From: Octopus sinensis
Taxonomy: Eukaryota
Reading direction: 5' to 3'
Assembly: GCF_006345805.1 (NCBI RefSeq)
Contig: NC_042999.1
Span: forward strand, 171,430,001-171,494,000
DNA: 64,000 nucleotides
Positions 62,830-64,000 of this stretch are shown here, one piece after another (within the stretch, counting starts at the first letter, position 1; each line of letters opens with the position of its first letter). The notes under the pieces were generated by a model. The model was not told where the DNA came from, did not search any database, and saw only the letters and a list, made by a program, of their open reading frames with translations. The position numbers and the translations under genes are program-made.

Positions 62830-64000
62830 ATAGAAAGTAGATCTCTGCTCGGGTGACACACACTTAGGGCAAGTTAATATGAAGAGAGGAATTTTCCAAG
62901 GAGACTTGTTACTGCCTTTAATATTAGTCTTATATCTGATCCCTCTCAGTTGAGTATTAAGGAATGCAAAAGGCAGGGTACCAGATGAAGGCACCAGATC
63001 AGAAATAGTAAGGGAAAAATTAACCATTTGTTTTACATGGGTGATCTGAAGCATTTTAGTACGAATGAAAAATACAAACTGTAAGACTCTTTAGCAAAGA
63101 TATTGGCATGATATTTGTCATAGGTAAGTATGCGATATTAGTCATGAAAAGACACAGTCAACAGTGAAGTCATCCTATCACCAGACGGCCAAGTATTAAA
63201 ATCATTGAAAGATGGAGACAGTTATAAGCATCTAGGAGTATTAGAATCTGACAAAGTACTAGCTATAGAAATGAAAAAAGAAATTTGAGAAGTAGTATAT
63301 CAGAAGCGTGAGGAATCAAGGCTAAATGGTCCAAATCTATTGAAGGCTGTAAATATTTGGGAAGTATCTTTACTGAGACATTCAGCAGCTTTTGTAGATT
63401 ACACAAAAACTGAATTAGCAAAACTAGACAGAAGAACTAGGAAGGAATTCAATATGAACTGATGATTGCATCTAAGGTCAGGAGTTGCAAGGTTATACTT
63501 ACCTAGAAAGGAAGGTGGAAGCGGATTAATATCAGTGGAATACTGTGTGGAGTTAGCTAGAGTAAATATAAACTCCTATGTTGATAATAGGGAAGAACGG
63601 TTATTTAGAGCTGATACAGTTACAGCAAGACATAGGGAAACCAAAAATACAAACGAAGTTAAAAAGTAGAAAAAAAGATCAAAAGTTATCTGACTGGCAG
63701 GAGATGCTTTGCATGGTAGTTGCAATAGTATTAGTGTGACATTGTTATGGTTGTAGAAACGAAGGCTGAAAAGGGAGAGAAATTGTTTGTTAGCAGCAGC
63801 ATGATCAAGCATGAAAGACTAATTGAATAAAAGCCAAGATAGGCAAAAACCAAGTGGATTCCCAATGTAGGCCATGCAAATCAAAAGAGAAAAGTGTTAC
63901 TGATATAGTAAGTGAATGTAGCATGCTGACACAGAAGGAATACGAGAAAAAACATGAAAACCTGGGTAGAGTAATCTACTGGAAGTTATGTAGAAAGCTA
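62830..64000 (+). mobile_element. Decayed R4/Dong-like LINE (RT, thumb, CCHC), running off the window end
   Basis: KRGIFQGDLLLPL, INHLFYMGDLK, YKHLGVLES, LNGPNLLKAVN, LDRRTRK, RLYLPRKEGGSGL, CRPC....V.DIVSEC..LTQKEY..KHE. Confidence 0.85.

Overview
AT-rich animal DNA dominated by microsatellites and transposons. The tRNA-derived SINE families and (TA)n/(TTA)n load point to an octopus genome, which is an inference. Only three long uninterrupted ORFs exist. Two are a tandem pair of single-exon, 442-aa alanine aminotransferase (GPT/ALT)-derived genes on the minus strand (37275-38603 and 50436-51764). Both keep the fold but have replaced the catalytic lysine and essentially every other same-subunit PLP-binding residue, so they look like maintained pseudoenzymes. 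The third is an apparently intact hAT transposase (14544-16685) inside a complete 3.8-kb element with TIRs and an 8-bp TSD. A near-full-length RTE LINE (7374-11332) has only two lesions and a candidate HDV-like ribozyme at its 5' end. The rest is decayed RTE, Tx1/L1, CR1-like, R4/Dong, Penelope-like, Ty3/Gypsy and Tc1/mariner sequence, SINEs, foldback elements and microsatellites. All alignments were made by eye; no searches were run.
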